The notes under the pieces: model-generated
Seen by the model: the letters and a program-made list of their open reading frames with translations, nothing else
What the model was told of the DNA's origin: nothing
Database searches by the model: none
Assembly (NCBI GenBank): GCA_033344915.1
Contig: JAWPML010000001.1
Span: 3,550,263 to 3,614,262 of the forward strand
Direction of reading: 5' to 3'
Length of the DNA stretch: 64,000 nt
From: Acidimicrobiales bacterium
Lineage (GTDB): Bacteria; Actinomycetota; Acidimicrobiia; Acidimicrobiales; Aldehydirespiratoraceae
Shown: piece after piece, positions 45,229 to 54,677 of the stretch
How positions within the stretch are numbered: the stretch's first letter is position 1
Layout: each line of letters starts with the position of its first letter
Position numbers and translations under genes: made by a program

Positions 45229-46133
45229 CACGCCGGCGGGGGGCCGAGTTCGCCCGCACCGCCGCCGGCCGCGCCGAGGTCCACGACGCCCGTGTAGCAA
45301 CCGAGCACGTAGGGGAACGTGTCGGTCGTGTAGTAGGCGTAGTTCCCGTCGGCATCGGTGAGACCGTTGCACTCGTCGAGGTCGCCGCTTCCGGCCACGT
45401 AGGAGTGTGCGCTCCACGTGTCGGTCGCGAACAGCGATTCGTCGGTGAGCTCCCAGGACGACTCGTAGATGCCGTTGCCGGTGTAGATGGGGAAGCCGTC
45501 GAAGGCGTAGCCGACGAGCTGGCGACCCGCGGCGACCTCCTCCGGCGAATAGAGGCAGTCGGTGGACTCGCTGGTGCCGAACAGGTGCATGTGGAAGCCG
45601 GTCGGTCCGTTGTGGCTCCCACACTCGCTCAGCGCCCCGACCAGGGAGAGCACGTCGCCGCCCTGTCCCTCGGTCGGTCCGTAGATGGGTACGCCGTTGA
45701 CGGCGACCGCTGCGGAACCCAGCGCCGGCACCGCCGTCGTCTCGGAGGCCACGGTCGGCTGAGCGGGGATCGTGAACGTCAGGTCGGCGTCGATCGGGGA
45801 GCCGGGCGAGGTCTCGATGTAGGTGTAGTCGGGGATGCCGTTCGAGGTGATGACGACGCTTTCGCCTTCGCACACGGCCTCGACCTCCGGGTCGGGAAGG
45901 TCGGCGTTGGCGGAACCGTCCGTTGCGAACGTGGCGGCGACGTCGGCGCACGACGTGTCGTTCGCGGCGGAATCGGTGTCGGTGGTGGTCGTGGTGTCGG
46001 TGGTGGTCGTGGTGTCGGTGGTGGTCGTGGTGTCGGTGCTGTCGGCCGTGTCCGTGGTCGCGTCATCGGCACACGACGCCGCGAGGAGCGCGACGGCGAG
46101 GAGAGCGGCACTGATTCGTCGTGATCTCGTCAT
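45228..46133 (-). CDS. YHYH-domain family lipoprotein with a TTTTTD repeat linker
   Basis: Lipobox LLAASC; 18-bp repeats (45975..46028) encoding DTTTTT; C-terminal DECNG...YAYYTTDTFPYVLGCY (YHYH-domain-like). Its stop overlaps the DUF305 start by 1 nt. Confidence 0.6.
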   Translation of the reverse strand: MTRSRRISAALLAVALLAASCADDATTDTADSTDTTTTTDTTTTTDTTTTTDTDSAANDTSCADVAATFATDGSANADLPDPEVEAVCEGESVVITSNGIPDYTYIETSPGSPIDADLTFTIPAQPTVASETTAVPALGSAAVAVNGVPIYGPTEGQGGDVLSLVGALSECGSHNGPTGFHMHLFGTSESTDCLYSPEEVAAGRQLVGYAFDGFPIYTGNGIYESSWELTDESLFATDTWSAHSYVAGSGDLDECNGLTDADGNYAYYTTDTFPYVLGCYTGVVDLGAAGGGAGELGPPPA

Positions 46134-46178
46134 GTCGGTGGACCCTACGGAGACCGGCGAAGAGAAGGGTAAGAGCGC

Positions 46179-46712
46179 TCAGCCCGTCGGCCGCTGCGAG
46201 ACGATGTAGGGGCCGAGGTTGTCGAGCGCATTCGCGAGGTTCTTCTGGACGGCCTTGCGGCCGACCTTCAGCAGCGGCGCGACGAGAAGCTTGGCGTCGA
46301 TCCCCATCGTGTAGGTCACCCGCGAGCGGTCGTCGCCGAGATCCTCGATCGTGACGAGCTCGTTCATCGAGTTCAGTCCGCCGATCGTCGCGGACAGGAT
46401 CGTGAACCCCCAGCGCTCGTTCGGCTCCCAGACGTTGAACTCCTCGTCGATCGCCACCCGCTTGTTGATGTGGACCCGACGGTGCGACCCGACCCCCTCG
46501 TGCTGGTCGCCGAAGCGCTCGACGCGCTCGATGTTGGTGAACCACTTCGGCCAGTTCTCGTGGTCGATGAGAGCAGCGAAGACTTCAGCCGGCGACGCGT
46601 CGAGATCGCGCGTGGCGCTCGGTTGGTAGGGGGCCGTGTGGATCCAGTCCGGCCCCTGTGGCGTGAGGGTTCCCATGTCGCATGGTTGCACGCCGTCCAC
46701 CGTCCGGGCCAT
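46179..46712 (-). CDS. SRPBCC (polyketide cyclase/dehydrase-like) family protein
   Basis: ASPAEVFAALIDHENWPKWF...; an alternative start is the ATG at 46676. Confidence 0.6.
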   Translation of the reverse strand: MARTVDGVQPCDMGTLTPQGPDWIHTAPYQPSATRDLDASPAEVFAALIDHENWPKWFTNIERVERFGDQHEGVGSHRRVHINKRVAIDEEFNVWEPNERWGFTILSATIGGLNSMNELVTIEDLGDDRSRVTYTMGIDAKLLVAPLLKVGRKAVQKNLANALDNLGPYIVSQRPTG

Positions 46713-46744
46713 GCGAGTGGACGATCCGGCAGGTGAAGCGGGGG

Positions 46745-47341
46745 TCAGACCCCAGTTGAAGCGGTGAAGTTGGCGTCGACGAACTGCCAGTTGAGGAGCT
46801 TGTCGATGAAGGTGTCGACGTAGGCGGGGCGGGCGTTCTGGTAGTCGAGGTAGTAGGCGTGTTCCCACACGTCGATCGTCAGCAACGCCGTCTGGCCGTG
46901 GGCGAGCGGGGTGTCGGCGTCGTCGGTCTTCACGATCGCGAGGCCGTCGCCCTCCCGCACCAGCCACGTCCAGCCGGAGCCGAAGTTGCCGGTGGCATCG
47001 TCCTTGAACTGCTGCTTGAAGTCGTCGACCGAACCGAAGCTCGCCTCGATCGCGTCGGCCAGGTCACCGCTCGGATCGCCACCGCCGTCGGGCGCCATCG
47101 AGTTCCAGTAGAAGGTGTGGTTCCACACCTGGGCGGCGTTGTTGAACAGCCCGCCCGGCTCGGCCGTGCGCACGATGTCCTCGAGCGACGCGGCGGCGAG
47201 ATCGGTGCCCTCGATGAGCCCGTTGAGGTTCTTCACGTAGGACGCGTGGTGCTTGCCGTAGTGGAACGAGATCGTGCGCTCGCTGATGTGGGGATCGAGC
47301 GCGTCGTCGGCGTAGGGCAGCGGGGGAAGATCGATGGGCAT
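46745..47341 (-). CDS. sod: Fe/Mn superoxide dismutase
   Basis: LPYADDALDPHIS..T..FHYGKHH, AAQVWNHTFYW, DVWEHAYYLDYQN. Confidence 0.93.
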   Translation of the reverse strand: MPIDLPPLPYADDALDPHISERTISFHYGKHHASYVKNLNGLIEGTDLAAASLEDIVRTAEPGGLFNNAAQVWNHTFYWNSMAPDGGGDPSGDLADAIEASFGSVDDFKQQFKDDATGNFGSGWTWLVREGDGLAIVKTDDADTPLAHGQTALLTIDVWEHAYYLDYQNARPAYVDTFIDKLLNWQFVDANFTASTGV

Positions 47342-47373
47342 TCAGCAAGGATACCCTGTCGTATTTCAGACGC

Positions 47374-48297
47374 CTACCCGTCGGCGATGGCTCGCCGCCA
47401 TGCCCGCAGGGTGTTGGTGATGATCTCCGGCGGGACCAGCGACGGCGCCTGGATGACCAGCAACGAATCCTGCTCGAGGTCCGTCGCCCACACCGTCAGG
47501 CCATCCCCGCTGCCCAGCTTCCACAGGCGCACACCGGCTGCGGGCGCGTAGGAGTCGACGGCGGCCTCGATGTTCCAGCGGTCGCGGGCCGACGCGAGAT
47601 AGGCATCGCCCTCCTCGGAGCCGGAGGACGCGATCAGCCACAGCTCGCCGACGTCCTGGTCGTCGCCCGTCGTGACGGTGCGCGCCGCGAACGGCTGCGT
47701 CGTCTCCAGCATCTCGACGTCCAGCGCACCGTCGAACGTCACGATCTCGGGTGGATCGAGCGGGGCGAGCGCCAACCCGCCGGTGAAGAGCGACAGCAGC
47801 TCGTCGACCCGGTCGATGTCGGGCCCGTAGTCGATGTCCTCGTCGAGGAACTCGCCGGTGACGAAATCGACCGGCGGCAGCGTCTCCCACGGCGACAGTC
47901 CGTCCGCCACCTCGCGCGACGTTCCCGGCGCGATCAGGTCGTTCGGCCGCGTCACGGCGTCGGCCGCCGGCGGCGCGTCCGGAGCCTTCGGTTCCGGGTC
48001 GGGCACGTCGACGGCGTTCGGGTCGGGCGGCGGGAGCTCCGTCGCCGTCACCTCGGCTTCGGGCCGCGTGAGGATGAACGCGACGACGCCGGCGATCGCC
48101 AGGACGACCGCGACCGTGGTCGCGACCTTGCGGATCTCGCCGTTCTCGAGCGTCTTCCACCACTTCTCCCGCTCACGGACGGTCGGCGCGGCGACCTCCT
48201 CGAACGCGCTCTTGCCGCAGATCGTGCAGATCGTCGACTGCACCAGCGCCTTGCAGTGCGGACACGTCTCGTGTGCCTCGATACTCACCCGTTCCAA
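47374..48297 (-). CDS. Hypothetical zinc-ribbon / single-TM protein
   Basis: CPHC...CTIC near the N-terminus; TM (VATTVAVVLAIAGVVAFIL); acidic extracytoplasmic part. Start is non-ATG (TTG at 48297 or GTG at 48288). Confidence 0.5.
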   Translation of the reverse strand: MERVSIEAHETCPHCKALVQSTICTICGKSAFEEVAAPTVREREKWWKTLENGEIRKVATTVAVVLAIAGVVAFILTRPEAEVTATELPPPDPNAVDVPDPEPKAPDAPPAADAVTRPNDLIAPGTSREVADGLSPWETLPPVDFVTGEFLDEDIDYGPDIDRVDELLSLFTGGLALAPLDPPEIVTFDGALDVEMLETTQPFAARTVTTGDDQDVGELWLIASSGSEEGDAYLASARDRWNIEAAVDSYAPAAGVRLWKLGSGDGLTVWATDLEQDSLLVIQAPSLVPPEIITNTLRAWRRAIADG

Positions 48298-48330
48298 TCG
48301 GCCGATCCGACGGCGACGTGAGTCGGGGGT

Positions 48331-48690
48331 TCAGCCCGTCAGGTCGGCGAGCAGATCGAGGGAACTGACCACGCCGACCACATGGCTCGCGATGTCGACG
48401 ACGACGAGGTGGTGAACCATGTTCGTCTGCATGATCGCGGCCGCAGTCCTCGCGTCCTCGTCCACGCCGACCGTCAGGACCCGGGGAGTCATCGCGTTGC
48501 GGACCGCTTCGAGCGGCGAATACTCCTCCACGAGGTCCCACGAACTCACGACGCCGATCGGGGCGCCGTCGCGAACGACGGGAAGGCAGTGCACGCCGGC
48601 CTCGAGCATCGCGTCGCGGGCCAGCCCGATCTCGTCGTCGGCGCTGAGCGTGATCGGGGTCGCCGTCATCAGGTCGGCAATGGTGCTCAT
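48331..48690 (-). CDS. CBS-pair domain protein
   Basis: MSTIADLMTATPITLS...HCLPVV...GVVSSWDLV...VHHLVVVD...GVVSSLDLL. ATGA overlap with the upstream gene. Confidence 0.8.
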   Translation of the reverse strand: MSTIADLMTATPITLSADDEIGLARDAMLEAGVHCLPVVRDGAPIGVVSSWDLVEEYSPLEAVRNAMTPRVLTVGVDEDARTAAAIMQTNMVHHLVVVDIASHVVGVVSSLDLLADLTG

Positions 48691-50213
48691 GGTGTCTCTT
48701 TCGTCGGAGCCGTCTCGCGGCGCGGTGGCGTGTCGACCGAACAGGCTCGCGCGGCGCGCTGCTTCGCCTGCTCGGCCCGGCCGTCGGTGGCGATCTCGGT
48801 CGCCTCGGGCCAATGGAACGGCTGGGCGGCCAGGGTGTCGATCAGCTCGGGCGTGGCGTCCGAGATGCTGCCGGGGTCGGTTGGGTCGGCGAGGCGATGA
48901 CGCACGCGGGCCTTGGCGGTCTCGGTGTCGAGTGTGCAACGCAGCTCGACGAGCTCGGCCCCGCGACGCTGGGCCAGCTGGCGAACCGCCTCGCGATCAC
49001 ACGGGTCCCGCCAGGTCGCATCGAGGATCACGCCGCAGCCGTTGCGCAGCAGGAGGTCGGCCTCGCGGCGCAGCTCGTCGTGGGTCTGACGGTTCACCCC
49101 GGGCTGGTAGATGTCGCCGCCGACGGCCGCGAAGTGGTGCTCGTCGCGGGGCGTCGCCGTCACGTCCTTGCGGACCTCGTCGCTGGAGAGCACGGCGTAA
49201 CCGAAGTGTTCGCCGAGCTGGCGGGCCAGTGTGGATTTCCCGGTGCCGGGGCCGCCGCCGACCATGATGACCCGCAGCCGGGCCCGTTCGAGATGGTCGA
49301 GCACCAGACGGAGGTAGGCGCCGGCGATCGAGTGGCTGGCATGGTCACCCTGGGCCGCCCGCAGGCATGCCACCTTCGCCCGTACGGACGCTCGATAGGC
49401 GACATAGTGGTGCGCCAGCGACGCAGGGTGCTGCTCGTTGCTGAACTCGTGGTACCAGGCCATGAGTCGCTCGGCGGCGGTCGCTCCCGCGAGGCGATGG
49501 ATGTCCATCACGAGGAACGCGATGTCCGCCAGCACGTCGACGATGCGCCAGCGGTCGTTGAACGCGAGGCAATCGATCAGTCGGGGGCCGTCATCGAGGC
49601 AGTAGATGTCGTCGGCGATGAGGTCGCCGTGCACGTCGCGCACCCATCCGCCGGAGATCCGATCCGCGAACAGGACCTCGCGACGATCCAGATACCGCCC
49701 GACGAGCTGCTCGACCCGGTCGACGTCGTCTTCGGAGAAGGTCGCGCCGATGTGCTCGCGGAACACCGCGATGTTGTCAGCCCAGTTGCGGGCGACCGCG
49801 GCGTGCTCGGCCATCGGCGCATCGAGCACGGGCGCCCGCTCGGCATGAAGCGTGGCGATGGACTTGGCGACGGCGCGGAGCTGGGTGTCGAAGTCGGGCG
49901 TGCCGACGAGGTTGGACAGCCGGCGCGCCTCCGGGAGACGGCGCATGACCAGCATCCGGTCGACGAGTTCACCGTGTTCGTGGACGTCTGCGGTTCCGAG
50001 GTACACGTCCGGGCTGATGGCGTGGTTGAGTTCGAATTCCCGGTCGATCGACGCAATGCGTTGGGACACGCCCGTGTGATCGATGAACGGCATCGCCACC
50101 GGCTTCAACCGCTTGTAGGCCCGGTCGGGGGTGAAGAACAGCCACGACATGTGGGTTTCGGCCGTGGTCGTCGACAGATCGGGCGCGGCGGGCATACCTG
50201 CAGCGTGACCCAC
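48687..50213 (-). CDS. Bifunctional aminoglycoside-phosphotransferase-like / P-loop ATP-binding protein (Rv2004c-like architecture)
   Basis: N-terminal APH/kinase-like region (HGDLIADDIY) plus a C-terminal P-loop (MVGGGPGTGKST). The exact start is uncertain. Confidence 0.65.
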   Translation of the reverse strand: MGHAAGMPAAPDLSTTTAETHMSWLFFTPDRAYKRLKPVAMPFIDHTGVSQRIASIDREFELNHAISPDVYLGTADVHEHGELVDRMLVMRRLPEARRLSNLVGTPDFDTQLRAVAKSIATLHAERAPVLDAPMAEHAAVARNWADNIAVFREHIGATFSEDDVDRVEQLVGRYLDRREVLFADRISGGWVRDVHGDLIADDIYCLDDGPRLIDCLAFNDRWRIVDVLADIAFLVMDIHRLAGATAAERLMAWYHEFSNEQHPASLAHHYVAYRASVRAKVACLRAAQGDHASHSIAGAYLRLVLDHLERARLRVIMVGGGPGTGKSTLARQLGEHFGYAVLSSDEVRKDVTATPRDEHHFAAVGGDIYQPGVNRQTHDELRREADLLLRNGCGVILDATWRDPCDREAVRQLAQRRGAELVELRCTLDTETAKARVRHRLADPTDPGSISDATPELIDTLAAQPFHWPEATEIATDGRAEQAKQRAARACSVDTPPRRETAPTKETP

Positions 50214-50261
50214 TGCGGCGTCCGACTGGAGGGCCGAAGGTCCTGTTGTCGACCGGCTGCG

Positions 50262-50972
50262 TCAGGCCCGACGGCGGTCCAACAGGAAGTCGACGAGCAT
50301 GCGAGCCACGGTGGCGCCGTCGGCGGGGCGCTCGGCCATGCGGGCGAGCGCGGCGGCCGCCGTCTCCTCACCGATCATCTCGATCCGACTTCTGATGATG
50401 AAGGCTTCGATCCCGTCGTCGTACTCGGGGTGATCCTGGATGCAGAGCACGTGGTCGCCGATGCGAAAGGCCGGGATCGCCGCGGTTTCACCCGTGCCGA
50501 TCATCTCGGCCCCGTCGGGCAAGGCGGTGACGACATCGCGGTGCATGGCGTTGATCGCGAGGGTGGTGCCCCCGAACCACTCGGTCGCGTCGAACGTCAG
50601 CGTTTGCGGGCCGACCTTCCACTCGCCGGCCGGCTCGACCCGGCCGCCGAGGGCTCGGGCGATGGCCTGGTGACCGAAACAGATGCCGGCGATGCGCGTG
50701 CCCGAGGCCACGGCGTCGCGCAGCCACTCGAGGAAGGCCAGGATCCACGGGTCGTCCCCGTACGCATCCGATCGCGACCCGGTCACGATCCACGCGTCGC
50801 ACTCGTCGATCGACGTCGGGCGCTCGCCGCCCCGCACGTCGTACTGGCGGAACTCGAGGGCGGGTTCCGCCTGACCGAAGAGCCGTTCGTGGAGATCCCC
50901 GAGCGGGCCGCCGGCGATCGCCTCGGTCTCGGCCGGGAAGTGATCGCAGACGAGGATCCCGATGGTCGTCAT
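50262..50972 (-). CDS. Class I glutamine amidotransferase-like protein (gamma-glutamyl hydrolase candidate)
   Basis: GICFGHQAIARALGG nucleophile-elbow Cys; 236 aa. Confidence 0.75.
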   Translation of the reverse strand: MTTIGILVCDHFPAETEAIAGGPLGDLHERLFGQAEPALEFRQYDVRGGERPTSIDECDAWIVTGSRSDAYGDDPWILAFLEWLRDAVASGTRIAGICFGHQAIARALGGRVEPAGEWKVGPQTLTFDATEWFGGTTLAINAMHRDVVTALPDGAEMIGTGETAAIPAFRIGDHVLCIQDHPEYDDGIEAFIIRSRIEMIGEETAAAALARMAERPADGATVARMLVDFLLDRRRA

Positions 50973-50973
50973 C

Positions 50974-52323
50974 TCAAATCCGCTCGAAGTAGCGCCGCAT
51001 CTCCCAGTCGGTCACGGCGGCGTTCGCGGCCGCGAGCTCGTTGGCCAGGTGATGGCTGTAGTGGTCCACGACGTCGTCGCCGAGCAGCCGGCGGGCTTCC
51101 GCACTCGCCGCGAACCGGGCGTGCGCCTCGCCGAGCGTCGTCGGCACGGTCGGGATGTCGTCGGCCGCGTAGACGTCGCCGCGGAACTCCGGTGGTGGCT
51201 CGATCTGGTTGCGGATGCCGTCGAGCCCGCTCGCGATCGCGGCCGCGTAGGCGAGGTACGGGTTCACGTCCGCCCCCGGGATCCGGTTCTCGATGCGCAG
51301 GCTCGACCCGGTGCCGACGATGCGGAAGCCGGCGGTGCGGTTGTCCGTCGACCACGCGACCTTCGTCGGGGCCCACGACTGGTCCTGGTAGCGCTTGTAG
51401 CTGTTCACGGTCGGGGCGTAGCAGACCATCAGGTCGGCGGCGTGGCGCATCCACCCCCCGAGGAACCAGCGGAAGACGTCCGAGCGTCCGTCGCCGTCGC
51501 TGGCGGCGAAGGCGTTGGCGTCGTTGGCCCAGAGCGACAGATGGATGTGGCAGCTGTTGCCGGGCTGGGCCGCGTCGGGCTTGGCCATGAAGGTGACGCT
51601 GACGCCCTGGCTGTCGGCCAGCTCCTTCATCGCCTGCTTCATGACGACGTGGCGGTCGGCCATCGCCAGCGCCTCCGCGTAGCGGACGTTGAGTTCGTGC
51701 TGGCCGATCGCCGCCTCGCCCTTCGAGTTCTCGACCGGGATCTCGCTGTCGCGCAGGGCCCGCCGGGCGGCCCCGACATAGTCCTCGACCCGACTCGCCT
51801 GGAGCAGGTGGTAGTCCTCGACGTACCAGCCGGCCGCTTCGAGGCCGCGATAGCCCTTCTCGTGGGCGGCGCGATAGCTGTCGCGGAACAGGTAGAACTC
51901 GAGCTCGCTGGCCGCGGCGGCCGTGAATCCGGCCGCGGCGAGGTCGTCGATCTGGTGGCGCAGGATCGAACGGGGGGCGACGGCGACCGGCGCATGGGTC
52001 GTGTTGTCGATCACGTCGCACAGCACGAAGGCGGTGCCGGTCGTCCACCCGGCGCGGCGCAGTGTGGTGAGGTCCGCGACGAGGTGGAAGTCGCCGTAGC
52101 CGGCGTCCCAGTTCGCGAACGCGAAGCCGTCCACGGGTTCCATCTCCATGTCGACGGTGAGCAGGTAGTCACACGCATGGGTGCCGTCCTCGACGCCGCT
52201 CTCCAGGAAGAAGTCGGCGTCGAACCGCTTGCCCATCGTGCGTCCGTAGTGGTCGGTGAAGCCGACGACGACGGTGTCGATGTCGCCCGCGGCGACCTGG
52301 GTCCGGAGTTCATCGAGGTCCAT
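50974..52323 (-). CDS. Glutamine synthetase family protein (gamma-glutamyl-amine ligase type)
   Basis: MDLDELRTQVAAGDIDTVVV...HELNV...GNSCHIHLSLW...NRTAGFRI; 449 aa. Confidence 0.8.
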   Translation of the reverse strand: MDLDELRTQVAAGDIDTVVVGFTDHYGRTMGKRFDADFFLESGVEDGTHACDYLLTVDMEMEPVDGFAFANWDAGYGDFHLVADLTTLRRAGWTTGTAFVLCDVIDNTTHAPVAVAPRSILRHQIDDLAAAGFTAAAASELEFYLFRDSYRAAHEKGYRGLEAAGWYVEDYHLLQASRVEDYVGAARRALRDSEIPVENSKGEAAIGQHELNVRYAEALAMADRHVVMKQAMKELADSQGVSVTFMAKPDAAQPGNSCHIHLSLWANDANAFAASDGDGRSDVFRWFLGGWMRHAADLMVCYAPTVNSYKRYQDQSWAPTKVAWSTDNRTAGFRIVGTGSSLRIENRIPGADVNPYLAYAAAIASGLDGIRNQIEPPPEFRGDVYAADDIPTVPTTLGEAHARFAASAEARRLLGDDVVDHYSHHLANELAAANAAVTDWEMRRYFERI

Positions 52324-53476
52324 GGAGTGCTCCTTCGCAGGCGGCGAGGTAGATCTCGGCGGCCAGCTCGTGGGTGAGCGGTCGGGGGTTCCCGGCGGCC
52401 GGCGGCTCGAGCAGGGCGTCGGCGGCGATGTCGCCGACGGCGGCCGGATCGGCGCCGAGGTCCACGAGGGTGTTCGGCACGTCGAGCGATTCGCGCCAGC
52501 CGACGATGTGGTTGCGGAGACCGTCACCACCACCCTGGATGCCGCAATAGTCGGCGAGCCGGTCGAGCCGGTCGGCGACATGGGCGGCGTTGGCGTCGAG
52601 CACGTACGGCATCAACACGGCGTTGGTCATGCCGTGGTGGGTGTGCCAGCGCACGCTCACCGGATGGGAGATCGCGTGGATCGCGCCGAGTCCCTTCTGG
52701 AACGCGACGGCGCCCATCGCCGCGGCGGACATCATCTGGCCGCGGGCGTCGATGTCGCCCGGGTCGGCCACGACGCTCGGGAGGTTCTCGATGACGAGCC
52801 GGCAGCCCTCGACGGCGATGCCGTCCGCCATCGGGTGGTACCCGGGTGCGCACAGGGCCTCGAGGCAGTGGGAGAACGCGTCGATCCCGGTGCCGACGGT
52901 GAGCGTCGGGGGCAGGCCGACCGTCAGCTCGGGATCGGCGATGACGACGGCGGCGAGCATGCCGGGATGGAAGGCCACGAACTTGCGGCCCTCGGCTTCG
53001 TTGACGACGACACCGGCTCGCCCGACCTCGCTGCCGGTGCCGGCCGTGGTGGGGACGGCGACCACCGGCGCGATCGCGTCGGCGTCGGCCCGGGTCCAGT
53101 TGTCGCCGACGTCCTCGAAGTCCCACAGCGGCCTCGTCTGACCGGCCATGAAGGCGATCAACTTGCCGACGTCGAGCGCGGATCCGCCGCCGAACGAGAT
53201 CACGCCGTCGTGGCCGCCGGTCCGGAAGGCCTCGACACCGCGGTCCACGTCCGAGCCGAGCGGGTTCGGGCGCAGCTCGTGGAAGGTCGCGTGGGGGACG
53301 GCGTCGGCGTCCAGATGGGCGCGCAGGGTCGCGAGCATCGGCAGCTCCACCATGCCGGGGTCGGTCACGATCAGCGGGCGCGCCAAGCCCGCGGCGGCGC
53401 ACGCGTCCGCGATCTCGGCGATCCGGCCGGCACCGAAGCGGATCGCGGTCGGGAAGCTCCAGTTGGCCGCGGTCAC
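52310..53476 (-). CDS. Iron-containing alcohol dehydrogenase
   Basis: GGGSALDVGK, PTTAGTGSE and a His-rich metal site (HAISHP); 388 aa. Confidence 0.85.
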   Translation of the reverse strand: MTAANWSFPTAIRFGAGRIAEIADACAAAGLARPLIVTDPGMVELPMLATLRAHLDADAVPHATFHELRPNPLGSDVDRGVEAFRTGGHDGVISFGGGSALDVGKLIAFMAGQTRPLWDFEDVGDNWTRADADAIAPVVAVPTTAGTGSEVGRAGVVVNEAEGRKFVAFHPGMLAAVVIADPELTVGLPPTLTVGTGIDAFSHCLEALCAPGYHPMADGIAVEGCRLVIENLPSVVADPGDIDARGQMMSAAAMGAVAFQKGLGAIHAISHPVSVRWHTHHGMTNAVLMPYVLDANAAHVADRLDRLADYCGIQGGGDGLRNHIVGWRESLDVPNTLVDLGADPAAVGDIAADALLEPPAAGNPRPLTHELAAEIYLAACEGALHGPR

Positions 53477-54321
53477 AACTCGCCGGAGGCCAGCAACTCG
53501 GTGGGATGGCGGACATCGACGACACCGAGGTAGCCGCCGCCGGTCTCGATGGCGTCGTGGGCCTTGTAGCCGATCAGCTCCTGCGCCCGCAGGGGCAGGT
53601 CACGGGCGACGTCCGGGGGCGTCGCGAGCGTGTTGTTCTCCTCGGTGCGCAGCCAGCCGACCACGAAGCTGAGGTGAAAGCCGCGCCGCCATTCGTCCTC
53701 GGTGCAGTTGGCCCCGCCCGCATGGAAGACCGACCCGAGATAGATGACTGCCGCGCCCGCGGGCATCTCGGCGATCTCGAGCTCGTCGTCGGTCGGGTAG
53801 CGGTCGCCGTCCCAGTGGTTGCTGCCGGGCACGAGGCGGGTCGCGCCGTTGTCGGCGGTGAACTCGGTGAGGGCGACGAGTGAGGCGAGCTCGACTTCGG
53901 GATGCGGACTCGGCAGGAAGTTCCACACGTCGTGGTCGCGGTGCACGTACTGCTGCTCGGCGCCGGGGCCTCGTTGGAGCAGATGGCCGATGTTGAGCGT
54001 CCACTCGGCGCAGCTCGGTCCGAGCACCCGCCGGCAGACCTCGTCGTAGAGCGGGTGGAGCAGGACGTTGTCCACGAACGCCCGCGAGTGGGTCGCGAGG
54101 CCGCTGAGGTGCTTCACCTTCGTGCCGAAGAAGTCGGCGATGAACGGGTTGACGAACGTCCGGGTGGTCGGATCGTCCGCTTCCACGAGGGGGCCGACCT
54201 CGGCGTTGATCGCGGCGACCGTCGCGGCGTCGAGGAAGTCCTCGATGATGACGGCGCCGTGTTCGCTGAGCGCGGCGCCGATCCGGTCGGGGTCGTCGCC
54301 TCGGTGCAGCACGGGGATCAT
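53473..54321 (-). CDS. Phytanoyl-CoA dioxygenase (PhyH) family Fe(II)/2-oxoglutarate oxygenase
   Basis: YVHRDHDVW (HxD) ...GSVFHAGGAN; 282 aa; ATGA overlap with the ADH. Confidence 0.75.
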   Translation of the reverse strand: MIPVLHRGDDPDRIGAALSEHGAVIIEDFLDAATVAAINAEVGPLVEADDPTTRTFVNPFIADFFGTKVKHLSGLATHSRAFVDNVLLHPLYDEVCRRVLGPSCAEWTLNIGHLLQRGPGAEQQYVHRDHDVWNFLPSPHPEVELASLVALTEFTADNGATRLVPGSNHWDGDRYPTDDELEIAEMPAGAAVIYLGSVFHAGGANCTEDEWRRGFHLSFVVGWLRTEENNTLATPPDVARDLPLRAQELIGYKAHDAIETGGGYLGVVDVRHPTELLASGEL

Positions 54322-54369
54322 GGCCGTGAGGTTACGACCCGGCCGCGGTGGCGTCGATCGGGCCCGCCG

Positions 54370-54594
54370 TCAGGCGGCGCAGCAGCTCACCGGCTGGGGC
54401 TCGGCGGGGAGCTCGAGCGCCTCGCGCACGCGCAGGCGGAGGGCATCGAGTCGCTGCCGCGAAACGAGACGTTCGAGGATCGCGGCGTCGCTGTTGCGCA
54501 GCTGCTGATGGGTGTTCCAGGCGGCGATGAACTCGTCGACGAGTTGCTCGTTTTCCCTGGTCAGAGCACTGTGGAGGGTGGTGCAGGTGGTCAT
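54370..54594 (-). CDS. Small hypothetical helical protein (74 aa)
   Basis: ORF from the ATG at 54594 (MTTCTTLHSALTRENEQLVDEF...). First gene position of the minus-strand operon. Weak support. Confidence 0.3.
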   Translation of the reverse strand: MTTCTTLHSALTRENEQLVDEFIAAWNTHQQLRNSDAAILERLVSRQRLDALRLRVREALELPAEPQPVSCCAA

Positions 54595-54677
54595 GGAATG
54601 CACGGTACGACGATGAGTCCATCGTGAAAAGCGATGAAAATTTGGAATGATCACCCGGTTTGCTTATGATCGGATCC

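Noticed and set aside
48813-51590. 925-aa + strand ORF
   Set aside because: It is antisense to the Rv2004c-like, GATase and GS-like genes, which all carry recognisable motifs. It has shadow-ORF composition.
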